Shown here one piece after another: positions 11,980 to 26,300 of a stretch of 64,000 nucleotides of DNA. The stretch covers positions 1 through 64,000 of the forward strand of contig NMRA01000110.1 in NCBI GenBank assembly GCA_002633005.1, written 5' to 3'. The stretch is from Phoronis australis (Eukaryota > Animalia > Phoronida). The notes under the pieces were generated by a model. It was not told the DNA's origin, ran no database searches, and saw only the letters and a program-made list of their open reading frames with translations. Both the position numbers and the translations under genes were made by a program. Positions within the stretch are counted from its first letter, which is position 1. Each line of letters begins with the position of its first letter.

Positions 11980-14900
11980 TTATCTTACAAATTGAATTTT
12001 CAAGTCACAGTTAGTCATTTTTTCCTGGAACAGGGCATCAAAAGCAGCATTCTCTTCAACTGAAAACCACGTTTTCCAGTCACCCACCTTACCTGCAAAA
12101 GAACCGTAGTTTACATTTGAATTGAGTTGCAAGTACATTCAAAGACCCGCCTGGCGTCATAAAACAACTTTTGATCGAGACCGCTCTAGTGGTAAAATTA
12201 GAGGTAAGTAGGCACCCAAAGCCCACGGTATCACCTTGAGCACTGAACGTAACTTACGGTACGTACATGTAAGCGCTACGTTCAAATGCAAAGATGTGCT
12301 TGGATGCACCTACGTGCGCCTACGCCCCACTACAGCACTGATTGTGACCGCTTACTGTTACGACTTTCAAATTAATTTGTTCCTTACTCAAATAGAAGGG
12401 ATAGAAAAGTCTTCAGATTGTTATTGCTTGAGAGGAGGTACCTTGTCAGGACGTACGTGTCATCACGCAGCGCATGGTCTTTGCAAACCCAGAAATCCCT
12501 TCTCATCCGAGTAAGAACCAACTTGAGGTAAATTTTATGTGATTAGTGGTGTAAATCACAAGATCACTTCTTGGACTTAACGAAAGTATCTAGAGCACAA
12601 GGTTAGGCAAGTTATTTACACTTGGGCTAAGAACCCCGCCCGCCCGATCTGTACTCTTTCCAGAAATCATTTGCGCGCTTTGAGACTACTGTGTCCTACT
12701 CATACCTCATACATGTACTTCTCGAAAAGAAAGACTAAGCCCCACCGGATATCACATACAACCTAGCTTATTTGAATGAGGACATACTCGGGGTTAGTTA
12801 TGACGACACCAGCTCGGATGACCATAGTTGGACATGTAAAGCACTCGGTAGAAATTAGCACGACTGGCTAAGAGTACTGACACAGCAGGGTGCGAAACCC
12901 AATCTTAAACTCAAGCTAACTTTCGGCACATTTCATTCTTCTTTAGACCGTGCACTTATAAACTCAAAACCAATTTCTTTGATTTTGTGCTGCTTGAGAA
13001 CATCTCGAACTAACAAACTGGTCCGAGACTATACATCGATTATGACTTAAGAAGATGAAGACATCCAAATTCGCAAGTAACCATCTCTAACCATCTCTTC
13101 ATGGGCCATCTGCTCTACTGTAAACTGTCATATTTATGCACCTTTTCTGAAGAGTGAGTCTTCTTTGTTTCTAAACCGTATTCTTGTCTGTTCTTGCTCC
13201 CTCTTACGTTCCTTCATGACAGCGAAAGTGCACTGCTCTACTATCTTCTCACATACTTCCGGTCTCAAGGTCACCTGAAGGTGATCGGCAATACCACGCA
13301 CAACTTATGACAAATCCTGCAACGTCACAAGACAGCAAATTCAAGCGACAAATTTTCCGTATGTACAGTTTTGAAGATCTTATTTGCTTTGTGGGACTTT
13401 GATTTCAGTCTTGAGTCGCGAATACGGCATTCTAATAAAAGTTCGGATCGTTTTAAAACAAAGCTTTGATGATATTTTGTAACCGAGATATATTGCCTCA
13501 GGGTTTCGGCATTTATCAACGTGGTAATTGAATGTTTAGTGTTATGTTGAAGAAGGTATAACAACGGCAAACCCAGCTACGTGCTCCTACACCTTCAGGT
13601 GTACAATTTTTGGAATAAAGGGACTCTTCACAGGTAACAGTGACGCAGCTTCACCTGATCTGTGCAGCGTTGAACCGTTGATATAGTTTCTAGCAAGAAA
13701 AGCGAGATCAAGCAAAACCACACAAATGCGTTTGGTGAGCATGCTAGATACCTAATCGGGCCTTCCCGGATTACACAACAACACCCAAATCTCGCTTTAT
13801 TTACCCACAATGCCGTAAACATCCGTCAAGTACATTTGCTGCCTCGTTTTCGTGCCACTGGAGTTTCACATTTTATTTGTTGTTGTCTGAATTTTTACAA
13901 ATTTACTCGGTTGCATTACACTACTCGCCCTTCAAATGCTAATAAAGTATTACTGCTGTGCTGTGGGCTGCAACTCCGACGTGGGAAATTTTGATAAACA
14001 TGGACAAATAATATGCGCTTTCTTATCTTCGGGATAAAATAGAGTTCTATCGCTGTTTAATCCGGTACTGCCCTATTACTGGCGCAACCCAGCAAAATGG
14101 CGGCATTAATGTGATTAGGTCAGGGGTGTGTTTGAGATGTTAAAATATGGGATATCATATAAGTTATGTGATTCATTAAATTGTTTTCGTTCCATAAGCG
14201 AAGATTACACCCTCGATACCGGCACGATAAGGGCTCGCCACAAACCCGCACACAACACTTAAATATATCGCCAACTCTCTGAATTGAATGTTCTCGAAAG
14301 TTCTAGTATTGACACCGATGACTCTCTCTGATACCCTATGTACTACGCGTAGGCTTACCTTGCTCATGTCTTCGTAATGAAGGACCAGAACGTCAGGGTG
14401 ATCCTTTGAGAAATTAATCCATCCAGTCACGTGGTCAAACCATGACCCATAGATAACTAGACAAAAATAGGTAAACTTACCACCGTCCACATAATGGAAA
14501 AACTACACTGAGTTCCTCTACACAATATCGCGAATGCTTGAAAAATGCCAGCCATCACATTTTGTTTTTTACTTGAAACGAATTTGTTTGATAGAAAACG
14601 CGGCACAATACGACGGCAGAATTGACGATCTCGTACACGTCTACTAACAAAGGGCTTTCACAATGTCACAAAAGATGAGTGTGAACGTCTACATAAGCCG
14701 AAGTGAATCAGGCAATAGTTCCCACTTACAATTATCACGCAGAAATGCCTGCAGGAACCCAGAAAATGTGCCGTTATATCTGTATGCAAGCACGCCTTTA
14801 ATATGATGGAAGAACGATACAGCTACATCTTTCGGATTTCGTATATTCAGTATAATTTTGCACCTTTTCGCGAAAACGTCATTCGGGAGTTTATCCACGG

Positions 14901-15370
14901 TCAGATGTGTACTGATCAATCTTGGGCAGTCGAGAGCGTCCAAGTATGAAAATGGCCTACATTCAAAACACGAGTCCATTTTGAAGTCTGCCACGTGATC
15001 AGCATTTCCAGCCAATACCATTTTGACGATGTCGTGTGTCCAGTGGGCACCTAGCAGGGAAAGGAAACATATACCATTTAAAATACATGGAATAGAGAAT
15101 ATGTGTACTTTCACACATGCGACTGAATGCTGAAAAACGTGAGATTCGTAGGAAGTACTTACCACTTTTTGGGTAACCAACGATCCAGACGTCATCCTCA
15201 CCGGCCTTAAATCTGTTTATTTCTTTCAGTCGGGTGTTCATGTCGACCTTCCCGAAGTCAGGATAGATTACCCCATTCACACTAACAACATGAAATATTG
15301 GTGCCCCATCTCCATCGCTCAAAACAAACTTCTTTCGCTTTAGTGCATTTTTCTTAAATTTGTTTTTCAT
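11980..15370 (-). pseudogene. SULT: Cytosolic (SULT1-like) sulfotransferase, 5 coding exons, with an in-frame TAA in exon 4 (null allele, young pseudogene or base error)
   Basis: Minus-strand exons: 15370-15163, 15050-14730, 14456-14359, 13316-13142, 12092-11980 (TAA). Motifs DDVWIVGYPKSGAHW (5'-PSB), PRLISTHL (catalytic His), RNPKDVAVSFFH (3'-PB), YGSWFDHV, LHYEDM, FRKGKVGDWKTWFS; AATAAA just past the stop. Exon 4 reads GAT TTG TCA TAA GTT GTG (stop at 13307-13305). Family identity is near certain; pseudogene status and the start codon are less so. Confidence 0.85.
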
Positions 15371-16336
15371 GTTTCCGTTCAAAAACAGTGATATAACTTA
15401 TAAATACATCATAGTTCAAAATTATGGGCTATAGTTTACCGTGTTTCAGTGACTCTCAAGGAAATAATGCAAGGCATTCATTTGTACATTTGTAATTGAG
15501 GATGAAAACCTTGAAAGTTTTGAAGTTACAATCACTTTCATAATTGTGACGTGTAAATTCACAAATGATCAAAATTTAATACATTATAGTTTGAAACACT
15601 CAAAAAGAGGCCCAGTAGTTTCAACGTTATATAGCCTACTTCTGTCACCAACTAAAGAAGATAATATCTTCAAGTCATTACATTTTCAACACTTGCCAAT
15701 GAGGAACAGACGTTCGCTAAGGTGAACAAATCAAGTATGACCGTCAAACAACAACCGAAGTTCACAAGAGTATCTGCTCCATGTCCTGACGGAGACGGAG
15801 TTCCGTCGGCGCACGCTGATCATCATTAAATTTAATTGTCCTGACGGGTTAGATCAGGCGCCCAAGTAGTAAACGGTTAAAGAAATTCAAGATGCTTTAT
15901 TGCACGTGCACACCAAGCAATGAATAAGACCACGACGACGTGGTGAAGAAAGTTCTCGACATGGGTTACAGCGCAGGGGCGGGTCCAAGGCAGGGGTCCA
16001 GTTGTTGCGGAACAACCTTTTTAGCAAAAACGTCAATCAAAATCACAGGAAAATAGACAATTTCTATTTTTCCGTTTCTATAGACCGCTCGGTGCAGAGA
16101 CCACGACTCTAATTTCAATACCGTTTTTCTATTGATTGTTTGTGATTCTCTTCAGGGTTATTTCTTCTTTCGTTAAAATTGACTCCGCCTTTGTAACGGC
16201 TTTAATGTCTGTACAATCATGAGCAAGTACCTTCTGATGACGCAATTTGGAATAAAAAAACGGAAATCTCCGACAGCACGCGCACCGGTTAAAATTCTCT
16301 AACTATTCAATATTGGAAAAATACAAATCTATCAAA

Positions 16337-16479
16337 TTGAGACCATTAAAAGTTATTCGATTTATTGAGACCATTAAAGGTTATCCGATTTATTGGGACC
16401 ATTAAAGGTTATCCGATTTATTGAGACCATTAAAGGTTATCCGATTTATTGAGACCATTAAAGGTTATCCGATTTATTG
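16337..16479. repeat. 28-bp tandem repeat (TTGAGACCATTAAAGGTTATCCGATTTA), about 5 copies, ending at an N join
   Basis: Periodicity seen directly; N at 16480. Confidence 0.95.
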
Positions 16480-18295
16480 NTTCTTTTAGTTACACCGTTT
16501 GCACATATTTCTATAGAAATCCGTGCATTTTTAGCTCTGATTGGGACAGATTGTGATGTTATAAGTTCCTATCAATGATTCTCCATATTTTAAACTTCTC
16601 AGAAATTCATATTGACCGCTGCTGTGATAACGAGATTTGAATTCTAGTTAAAATCTTTATTTATGATGGACATGTGTCCCAAATAATAGATAAATGATAC
16701 GTGCGTCGATGAAGAGCAGACCGAGGTAGACGATATAAGGTCATTTATTATGACTAATACAATTACAAGTAAATATATTGAATACAGACAATTAACATAA
16801 AAATGGTAATCTCTGGAAAGATGGGTAACAAAAGGCGCCACAGCGATCTCGGGATGTTTTTGTTCTCAAGCCGCTAATACCGCGAGCATGACGTCATCGT
16901 GTACTCGAAAGTCTTTTTACCTCTCGAGATCCTAACGTAACATCTGCTTTTCAATAACCGTAAAATATAAATCACCGAGTAAATGCAAACTGTATCAAGT
17001 TGTCTCACCTCCCGCCATCACGCTACTGCACAAAAGGCGTGCTTTCACGGGATAAAGCGTTCACTGACTTTCAATACACGTGCACTGTAATTTGCGCTGG
17101 CTTTAGCTTATGCATAGACGGGTTTATACCTATATCTATGAGCGAGTGGACGCTCAGCGTGACGACATAGCGTGCGATCGAAACGTTTGTTGCCTTTACA
17201 TTGATATCGACCGTTGCATGACCGCAAAGATATCGTTCCCAAAATATATTCGATTGTCCCTTTGTCCTTTCGAACATCTCCAGGAATTTGAAACCATCTC
17301 TGACGTCCCAATCGTGAGGTGGAATAAATCAAGTTCTAAAGCCCTGCTTATATTCATCACTTTATACACCTGTAATCAAATAAACACCATACGCAAATCT
17401 ACACCCGGGTCTAAATGAAAATTTACCTCCCGTTCGTATAGGGGAAAAGAAATGCAACATTTGCGCTCAGTACTAAAAAATTTCGCAGCAAAGTCGCCCC
17501 GGACTAACGTTTACTAGTAAAGAGAAAATCGTTTTAGAAAAATTGTTTTGTTAGTTCTGAAGCTCAGGTATTGATTCCCAACGATTGCTTCTGGAGCTAT
17601 CTCGCAAAGAGAATAGATATATAGTATAAAAGATAAATGGACTGATGAAAACTTCAAAGACGAAGGATGGTTTGAAAATTGTCAAATGACATATACCCTT
17701 CTATAAGGTCTTCTCGTTTTCGAACGTATTAGAAAGGAATAAAACCGACCAGCGGAGGAGCCAAGTGTTAATGAATGCGTACACAAGATTTGATAATTGC
17801 ACTGTTGGTAACCTAGCGGAGTCAAGAAAGCGTTTTCCTGTTCTCACGTACACATGATACAGCATTAATCCAGCAATAGCCGATTACTTGGTAAGTCATA
17901 TTGCAACATTTCTACATTTCTAACATCTCTTGAAAGGATAAACTTGAGATTTCCCAATCGCGGCTGTCTAAGAGTGACTGATGGAAGTCGTATATCAATG
18001 ATCGTGTCTGAAATATTGTTTTCTTTCAACAACATGCCTTTTGAATTATTTTCTGGTGTGTGCTTACTGATAATGATTATATCATTAGAGAGGCAAGCAC
18101 AAGATGACTTAACCGGATCGCGGTCATGACGAACTAGCTTTTGAAAATTCAGCGTTCAAAGTAAACAACAAACTTTAGCAAAGGGAACCGAAAAGCTGAT
18201 TTGTCCAGAGGAAGCAACAGTTTGCATTGAACTTCTTAAAGATGGTTTAAACCCAGTGAAATCATGGCAAGAAAAACGTCGGTGAAAGTTTCACC

Positions 18296-18361
18296 CATCA
18301 TCATCACCACCACCACCACCACCACCACCACCACCACCACCATCATCAGCAGCAGTAGCAA
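18296..18361. repeat. Compound (CAT)n(CAC)n(CAG)n trinucleotide microsatellite
   Basis: Seen directly. Confidence 0.95.
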
Positions 18362-20345
18362 CATTTCAATAAAAGACATTTCCGTAACTACACATGACAA
18401 CAGAAAATCTTTTGGACGTTTAAAGGGACGTGGCGGTGCTTTAAGATGGGGTGAGGTTACAGAAATAATTTTTAATGACACTTTTAGTAGAGTGATCTGG
18501 CTTTTGCACCCGCTCACATGCGCCAGGTGTATAGTTTGCACCTCTGGAGGTGGTGTACTTAAACACCCCAGGTGTATTTGCGTTCATATGGCATTAGTAC
18601 ACACGGTACGTAAATATAAACTCTGGTGAAAACACCATCATGCAAACGAGGATTTAGTGGGGGTAAATCTTTCCAATGTTCTCTACAAGGTTTTATTAGG
18701 GCGTAATTTGGAATACTAATTTGCGGTATTAAAAAACGCTCATCCCAAATCATCATGGACCAAAACAATGTTTTTTTTCAAAGATGACACTGCAAAAACT
18801 TTAGTTATTTCGTGCTTAACAGTTTTTGATCCAGACTTCTTCCTTCATTTGTTGTCACTTTCACAGCTAAAGGTTTCCCTAGGTTAGTATCACCTAACGG
18901 AAAAATTATATTTTCATCTTGTTATTGTTAAATTAAAACCAATAACGTGGTTTTAGTTGAGGAAATATTGATGACTGGAAACCCTGGATTACTGTGATAA
19001 GAAAACTACTTGGACAAGTGTACATAAAGAAAAGAATGGACTTAGACAGATTTATCAATCAAGTTCGAACACTAGAAAATACAATCATTTGTTTTTAAAT
19101 TGCATTATATTCTGTCCCAAAACATTTTTTAAAAAAACATTAACAAATCAAATATTTACATTACATTACAAAATGAACACAATTACGTTCATAATCTACT
19201 TTAATTTTCCAAGTTGTTTAGTTTTTCTAGAGCAAAAGCTCTCTTAGATTACATAGTCTACATTACTGTATCATTGTGACATGGATAACTGTAGGTCTGG
19301 AATACAGCGTAATATTCTATTCTATTCTAGCCTATTGCAAACATTTAAGGGTACAATAAGGTAGACGGGCTGAATTTCAAATCATCAAATTTACTAAAAA
19401 AATCATTGTTACCAGAATATGTATAAAAATGGAGGTCAACTATCAAACTTTAATGAATTTTGAAATTGAACAACTCACAATGCAGTAAGCCTTTAAAATT
19501 TTGATAAAGGCAATTTTTGCAATCTTTGTTCCAAACAGAATAATTTTCACTATTTGACAAATTACGTTCATGAAAATGACTCCGGAATCTATTTGAACTG
19601 GGATATAACAGACCGCAATACTACAAGAGCTTAAAATAATAACTAACATTCAATGAAGGGACATGGAACACAAAAACTCAAACAGCTTTTTAAACACATC
19701 CTGGCAAATCTACTTCTTGGGGATGGTAACCTGAGAGTTTCTCATTTTCAATCACTGCAGGAATGTCTAAAACAAATCGTCAGATCCACTATCTTTGAAG
19801 CACAGAAGAAATAAAAACTATTGCATCCCAATACGATTTTTCAAATTCTCCGCCCCCAATAATGTATTTGCATGCGTTCAAAGTAGGACTGGCTGCTGCT
19901 TGAAATCGCCATAGATCTGTTTACATCAAAGATCAAAGGTCCCATTTTCCATAAAAGGGCTATGCGTTACTTCTAAGTGTTGCCATACCAAATAAGGAGA
20001 GGTGCGTTATCTCGTAGGAGACAAAATCGATGAAGTGACGAGCAGTTGACGGATCATTTTTTTGAAATTTGAAACTAAAAGAAAAATGCTTTGACTTCAA
20101 CAGAAATTCAAAATCTTTATGAAGAAAATAAAAAAATACTTGGTAAACAAAATGACTTCTGTTTCAGTGGCACAGAACAACTTAATGCAGTTTTTTCATG
20201 TTCTATGCCACTTTAAATGGAAGAAAAATGTTCCTCTTGAGAATTAACTTTGAAAATATGTATCTTATGCGTATTCATGTATTATTTTATGTTCATCTAC
20301 AGAAAAGACAAAGGTGATAAAGAGAGATGAACCAGGATTGTCTCC

Positions 20346-23300
20346 TCACCAAAGATATGGCACTAATGAGGCAGTGTTCTTGACATAAGCCAGATATTCA
20401 GGGTCATGACCCCACCGCTTCATTCCACTCTTCTCCAACAGAGGGATACCACTGATCTTTGTTATAAGTAAAGAGGTTGCCACAGGACACAACACACTCA
20501 AGAAGTCTCTGCCTTTCATTACACTTGATGCTGACACGTATATTCCAAACCACAACATGATCTCTCCAAAGTAGTTGGGATGCCGGCTCAGGCTCCACAG
20601 TCCATGACGAATAAACTTGCCCTGAATGGTGACGAAATAGATGGTGTTATTAGAACCTGCTGAGCTCACGAGTTACATCACCGCTAGGATATTAGAACAG
20701 ATTGAGAATAATATACAGATCAGCGTATACATCAATAATATACAGATCAGCGAATAGATCAATAATATACAGATCAGCGTATAGATCAATAATATACAGA
20801 TCAGCGTATAGATCAATAATATACAGATCAGCGTATAGATCAATAATATACAGATCAGCGTATAGATCAATAATATACAGATCAGCGTATAGATCAATNN
20901 NNNNNNNNNNNNNNNNNNNNNNNNNNNNNNNNNNNNNNNNNNNNNNNNNNNNNNNNNNNNNNNNNNNNNNNNNNNNNNNNNNNNNNNNNNNNNNNNNNNN
21001 NNNNNNNNNNNNNNNNNNNNNNNNNNNNNNNNNNNNNNNNNNNNNNNNNNNNNNNNNNNNNNNNNNNNNNNNNNNNNNNNNNNNNNNNNNNNNNNNNNNN
21101 NNNNNNNNNNNNNNNNNNNNNNNNNNNNNNNNNNNNNNNNNNNNNNNNNNNNNNNNNNNNNNNNNNNNNNNNNNNNNNNNNNNNNNNNNNNNNNNNNNNN
21201 NNNNNNNNNNNNNNNNNNNNNNNNNNNNNNNNNNNNNNNNNNNNNNNNNNNNNNNNNNNNNNNNNNNNNNNNNNNNNNNNNNNNNNNNNNNNNNNNNNNN
21301 NNNNNNNNNNNNNNNNNNNNNNNNNNNNNNNNNNNNNNNNNNNNNNNNNNNNNNNNNNNNNNNNNNNNNNNNNNNNNNNNNNNNNNNNNNNNNNNNNNNN
21401 NNNNNNNNNNNNNNNNNNNNNNNNNNNNNNNNNNNNNNNNNNNNNNNNNNNNNNNNNNNNNNNNNNNNNNNNNNNNNNNNNNNNNNNNNNNNNNNNNNNN
21501 NNNNNNNNNNNNNNNNNNNNNNNNNNNNNNNNNNNNNNNNNNNNNNNNNNNNNNNNNNNNNNNNNNNNNNNNNNNNNNNNNNNNNNNNNNNNNNNNNNNN
21601 NNNNNNNNNNNNNNNNNNNNNNNNNNNNNNNNNNNNNNNNNNNNNNNNNNNNNNNNNNNGGACAGGAAAGAACCCACCATCCACCAAGGATTGTACCCAC
21701 AAGGAGCCGGAGACCTGCAAACATGGGAGAACCTACCATCCATCATGAAGTGTAATCACACGTATGTGGACAAGGAACCAGTTTGGTCAAACAACTACGA
21801 TTACACTACTGTTGTTGTAAAATCATCCACCACTATCATCTCAAACTCTTATTTACAGATATTAAGCAATTTGCAACAGACTTGAAGTTGTTGGTCAATT
21901 TTTGAAAATTCAAACATCCCTATGCATGAACTATCTACAATCTTGTCTTCAAATATATATAGACAAGGGAAATATTTGGAAATATAAAAATGCAGTCCAG
22001 TTGATGAAGGTTATATTTACGCCCGCTTAAAAAACATCTGCACATCTCTGACCTGCTCAACAAATCAAAACACAGGTATATATTGATTGCCAATGGGCTG
22101 TTCAGACCTTCTGAATGACAAACAAGTATTTCTGTGGACTGCAGTTAACAGTAATGGAACTGGTGGAGCAAGGCTGTGTAATCAGAAATATGGTGGCATA
22201 GCACAACTTTCCAGATAATTTTACTAACAAGCTGATAAGGACATCCATGCTCAACAGTTGCTCAGAAAGTTCTAAAACACAATTATGCAAACCTTGCATT
22301 GTCCAGAAGACAAAGAATGTCTTGGGATCATGTTTGGCCTTGTTAAATCGTCGGTCACCACCTTCTTTGAGAACTCTTGTGAAAAGGTACAGACCCAGCC
22401 TGAAATGGAGGACATCTAAAAGATTAATACAAAGACAATGCATGTACTTTGACCTCAAGAAAGGAGTCAAATTAAAGAACACTGGGAAGACGGGGAAGAA
22501 GTCTTCACGTAGTCATAGAGATGGGCAACAAGTAGAACTGGTTTTATAAGTTACATGAATACTGATGCTTTCTTTGCAGAATGAAGAGTGAGATTTCACA
22601 CAAAGTAGGTTAACACTATGCTATACAAGTTGTCATAACATGTTTTAGAAGACAGAAGTAACAGTAGTCGAGTAATAATCAGACGATGATCACTGATACT
22701 TCTGCATTCCCATTGGATGAAATGCAGTACCATAACTTCCATTATGAGGTGACACCAATCAGCTAATAAGAATATTATCACATTTAAATTCATGCCACTT
22801 AGACGTAAGATTTCGTGATCTGGCTAATTATGAGCTGAAGTTACCATAAACCCGTGATTGTGGAAACACAGTGAGCAGACGATGACAGTACATCAAAACA
22901 TAAGTCTGTAATCTGCGTGTACAGAGATAACTCACATCGTTTGCAGACGACCCATTACCGTATCCTTCCAGAAAGACTAATTTGGTGGAAACAAATGACA
23001 TCGATACTGCTTTGCATGCCAGGAATTGTAGGAAGACACTTGGCTTACTAGTACCTCAGAATCCAACTATGCCTGATGGTTTGGTAATTGGCCCAACTAT
23101 GTTACACACCCAGCAGAATTAATCAGAAACATACCATGTCAAGATTATAAACAAATGTTAGGTTATAAAAGTCCCATTTCGTGTCTGATTTTCAAAATTC
23201 AACAACCTGCAGCTGAACTTTTCATGTACATGTACTATTCATATACGCTATTTAAAAACTTTCAAACCGAAAATTTAAAAAAATGTTGCCCTGGTGTGTT

Positions 23301-26300
23301 TGCGATCGATCTGATCATCTAGAGAAGATAGCATCAGCAGCCTGAGGCGATGAAATTAACTACAACAGCATGATGTCTTTGATCAATGCCAGTAAGTTTT
23401 GAGGTATGCAATTACAATTGAGTTGCCCAATCTCCACCAGCGAGGGTGTCAACATAGGATTTTTTTCATGTGTTAAATCAGAGTGAGCAACTGAAATCAA
23501 TTCAATATGACACTGCACAGCAAGGACACACCCAGTGAAGAGATACTGCACAGCAAGGACACACCCAGTGAAGAGACACTGCACAGCAAGAACACACCCA
23601 GTGAAGAGATACTGCTGATTATAACCCAGCTTGTAACCCTCGATTAATGCAGTGCTGATGCTTTCGAATAACAGGTGGTTACAAGAAATGTCTGTAGTTT
23701 TGCCAGTTATTTTAATATGACATGGGTAAGACTTCCTCACCAGGAAAAAGTCTGATTGAGACATCGGCGGTTAGCATGTCATGATATATGCCAATAAAGG
23801 AAAAAGAAATCATAAAAATGAACCATCAGTGGTCATATGAAAACGACTCCTCAGGCGAATCAGACCATATAGACCAACAGACAGCAATGCTCTCCTTTGA
23901 GCCTGATGTCACATTTAAGATCAATTCATATTTGAAAAACTAAGATCCACTATGCCCTCACCCAGTGGCCAGTAACTCAGACCCACCCTGCCCTCATGCA
24001 GTGGTCAATAACTTTGACCCACCCTGCCCCCATCCAGTGATCAATAACTCCAACCCACCCTGACCCCATGACTCTCATACATGGTCACATATGGAAATTA
24101 AACAGCTGAGTGATACCAACATAACCATTTAATGTTACCTTAATGCCCATAATGAAATCATTCCAGTTTGAGATCTCTGTCGTATGAAGTTAGTTCCACT
24201 CCACTCCAGCGTTTTGTAGGCCAGCAGAAGGAATGTTAATGATCCTGGAAAGAGAATTATAGTCATTATCATAAAAAAGTTTGGTAATATCCTTTCTCGT
24301 TGACGAGATTCTTTGAATACTGTGATATTGATATTCAGAACAGATGTCAATGCAACAGATTAAATTTTATGTTCTCCGTCATCGTCATAACAACAAACTA
24401 GGAGGGTAACTCAAGTAGTAGAGTTGAGTGAAACTAGTATGGATGAATCCCCAGAAAAGAAATTAATAAAACTGGTGTCTTGGTCAAAAGAAATCCCAGC
24501 AGCATCACTGCTTTAGCTCGAAATGTATGAGTAACGTATCCATAACACGTCCTGAACACCAGCACCTTATGGCATTAACCAATTCAATAAGTTGGTAAAT
24601 CATAAAATTTAATTTTACAATCTAGTACACAACACTGTATCTCTAGGTAAACAAACTACTCTGCAAAAATTCTCACTTTAGCTTAAATACGACCTTAGTC
24701 TGCAGTGCTGGTTTGGTACTTCTAGTGCTGGTTCCATTGGTTTCTTAAATGGCTCTCTGAACTGAGGACCAGTCAGCAATTGTTCTTTGGCCAAGTACAA
24801 GTACGACAAGCTGGAGACTCGAGTTCAAAACAAGCCCACTAGAAACTAAACTGTTTCACATTTTCTTGTACTTTGTCAATAGATTTTTACAAGAGCTGCT
24901 AGCATCATCTTTGGGAACTAATTACTGTTTGTGTGGACCACTTCAAGGTACCTAAACTACACGGTCAACGGACTCATAAAAACGGGCACGGACGCATGAA
25001 CACGACTCACGGACCTGTAAACACCGTCCACTGACTCACAAACACGGGAACGGACTCACAAAACACGATCCACGCACCCAAATACACGGGACACGGACTC
25101 ATATTCATGAGGAAACACGGTTAAAACGGACCGCCAAACACGGTTTACGGACAAAATGAAGATGTCAGCTGAACCAGGAAGCCCGGCGATGAGTCTGTGA
25201 CCCGTGTTTGGCGGTCCGTTAACCGTGTTTCCTCGTGAATATGAGTACGTGTCCCATGTATTTGGGTGCATGGATTGTGTTTTGTGAGTCTGTTCCCGTG
25301 TTTGTGAGTCAGTGGACGGTGTTTGCAGGTCCGTGAGTCATGTTCATGCGTCCGTGCCCGTGTTTATGAGTCCGTTTACCGTGTAGTTTAGGTACCTTGC
25401 ACTTGGAATAACAGTTACCATATCAATGAAACAGTGGCTGAAGTAAATTGTAATACCACACACCGTTACCCATTTGAGCAGTGGAATGAGTCAGCTAGTC
25501 TGGATACAGCAGTGGCTTCATCAGCTTGACAGTGGCAAACCAATGTTTAAATAGTCCTGCTCTCTTATTGTATGCTTTCATCAGATGTTCAGGTAATCCA
25601 GCAATTACGTTGTTAACAATGCCCCTCATGCTAACTGATATTTAAAAATACTATTTGCAAAGGACTTTCAACAAATATCCTGAAGCAGACGTGTTTTGTA
25701 TGAAATACTCAGTCCAAAAAAAATTCGACTGGAGAAAAATGGTTGACTTTCAGAGAAATTAGAATTAACTTTCACATGTTCATTCCTTTTTGTGACTGTA
25801 AGCTCTGACCAGCTTAACCACAGTATTGTGTACCAACACAAAAGGCTTGCTTGACAAGTTTAATTTAATGGAGCATGATTCCATATTAGATGGTACATAG
25901 TGGAAATTTCTTGATTTTTACACTCCAGGAGAATGGTACATGTACCTAATGCTTTAAACAAGTGATTTTTAAGGGTGTGGCATTTAACATATTGAATTCC
26001 GTGTGAAAAGTTAGGAAAAAATTGTTTTTCCCAACGTAATTTGAAAACATCAAAATTTAAACAACGTAAAGTGGATTCCATTTGTTTAAACACACTATCT
26101 TGAGAGCAATTAATGGGAACAGACATATGCTAATTCTAATGCTGATCAAGGTCGATTAATATATAATTGTTTTGTGAATCCTGATGGCAGACAAACGACT
26201 GCTTGAACATTTAACAATTTGAGTAGAGTGACATAAGGATTTGGAAATTATCCCTGTGGCTATACTTTGGGAAGCCTTGAGATGAAAGTAAGGGTTAATT

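Noticed and set aside
13305-13307. Selenocysteine or programmed readthrough at the SULT stop
   Set aside because: The codon is TAA, not TGA; the context is not a known readthrough signal; the other genes use the standard code with TAA as stop.
18236-18629. Poly-Thr and poly-Val ORFs
   Set aside because: They are produced by the (CAC)n microsatellite, with no splice or homology support.
21660-21721. Candidate missing DUF1295 exon after TTTGCAG on the minus strand (GLRLLVGTILGGWWVLSC)
   Set aside because: It does not resemble the expected DUF1295 segment and contains an internal repeat (GATGGT.GGTTCT), so it is more likely repeat-derived.
20673-21748. Long ORFs of 281-357 aa in the ORF track
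   Set aside because: They are artefacts of translating through the N gap and a 27-bp repeat.
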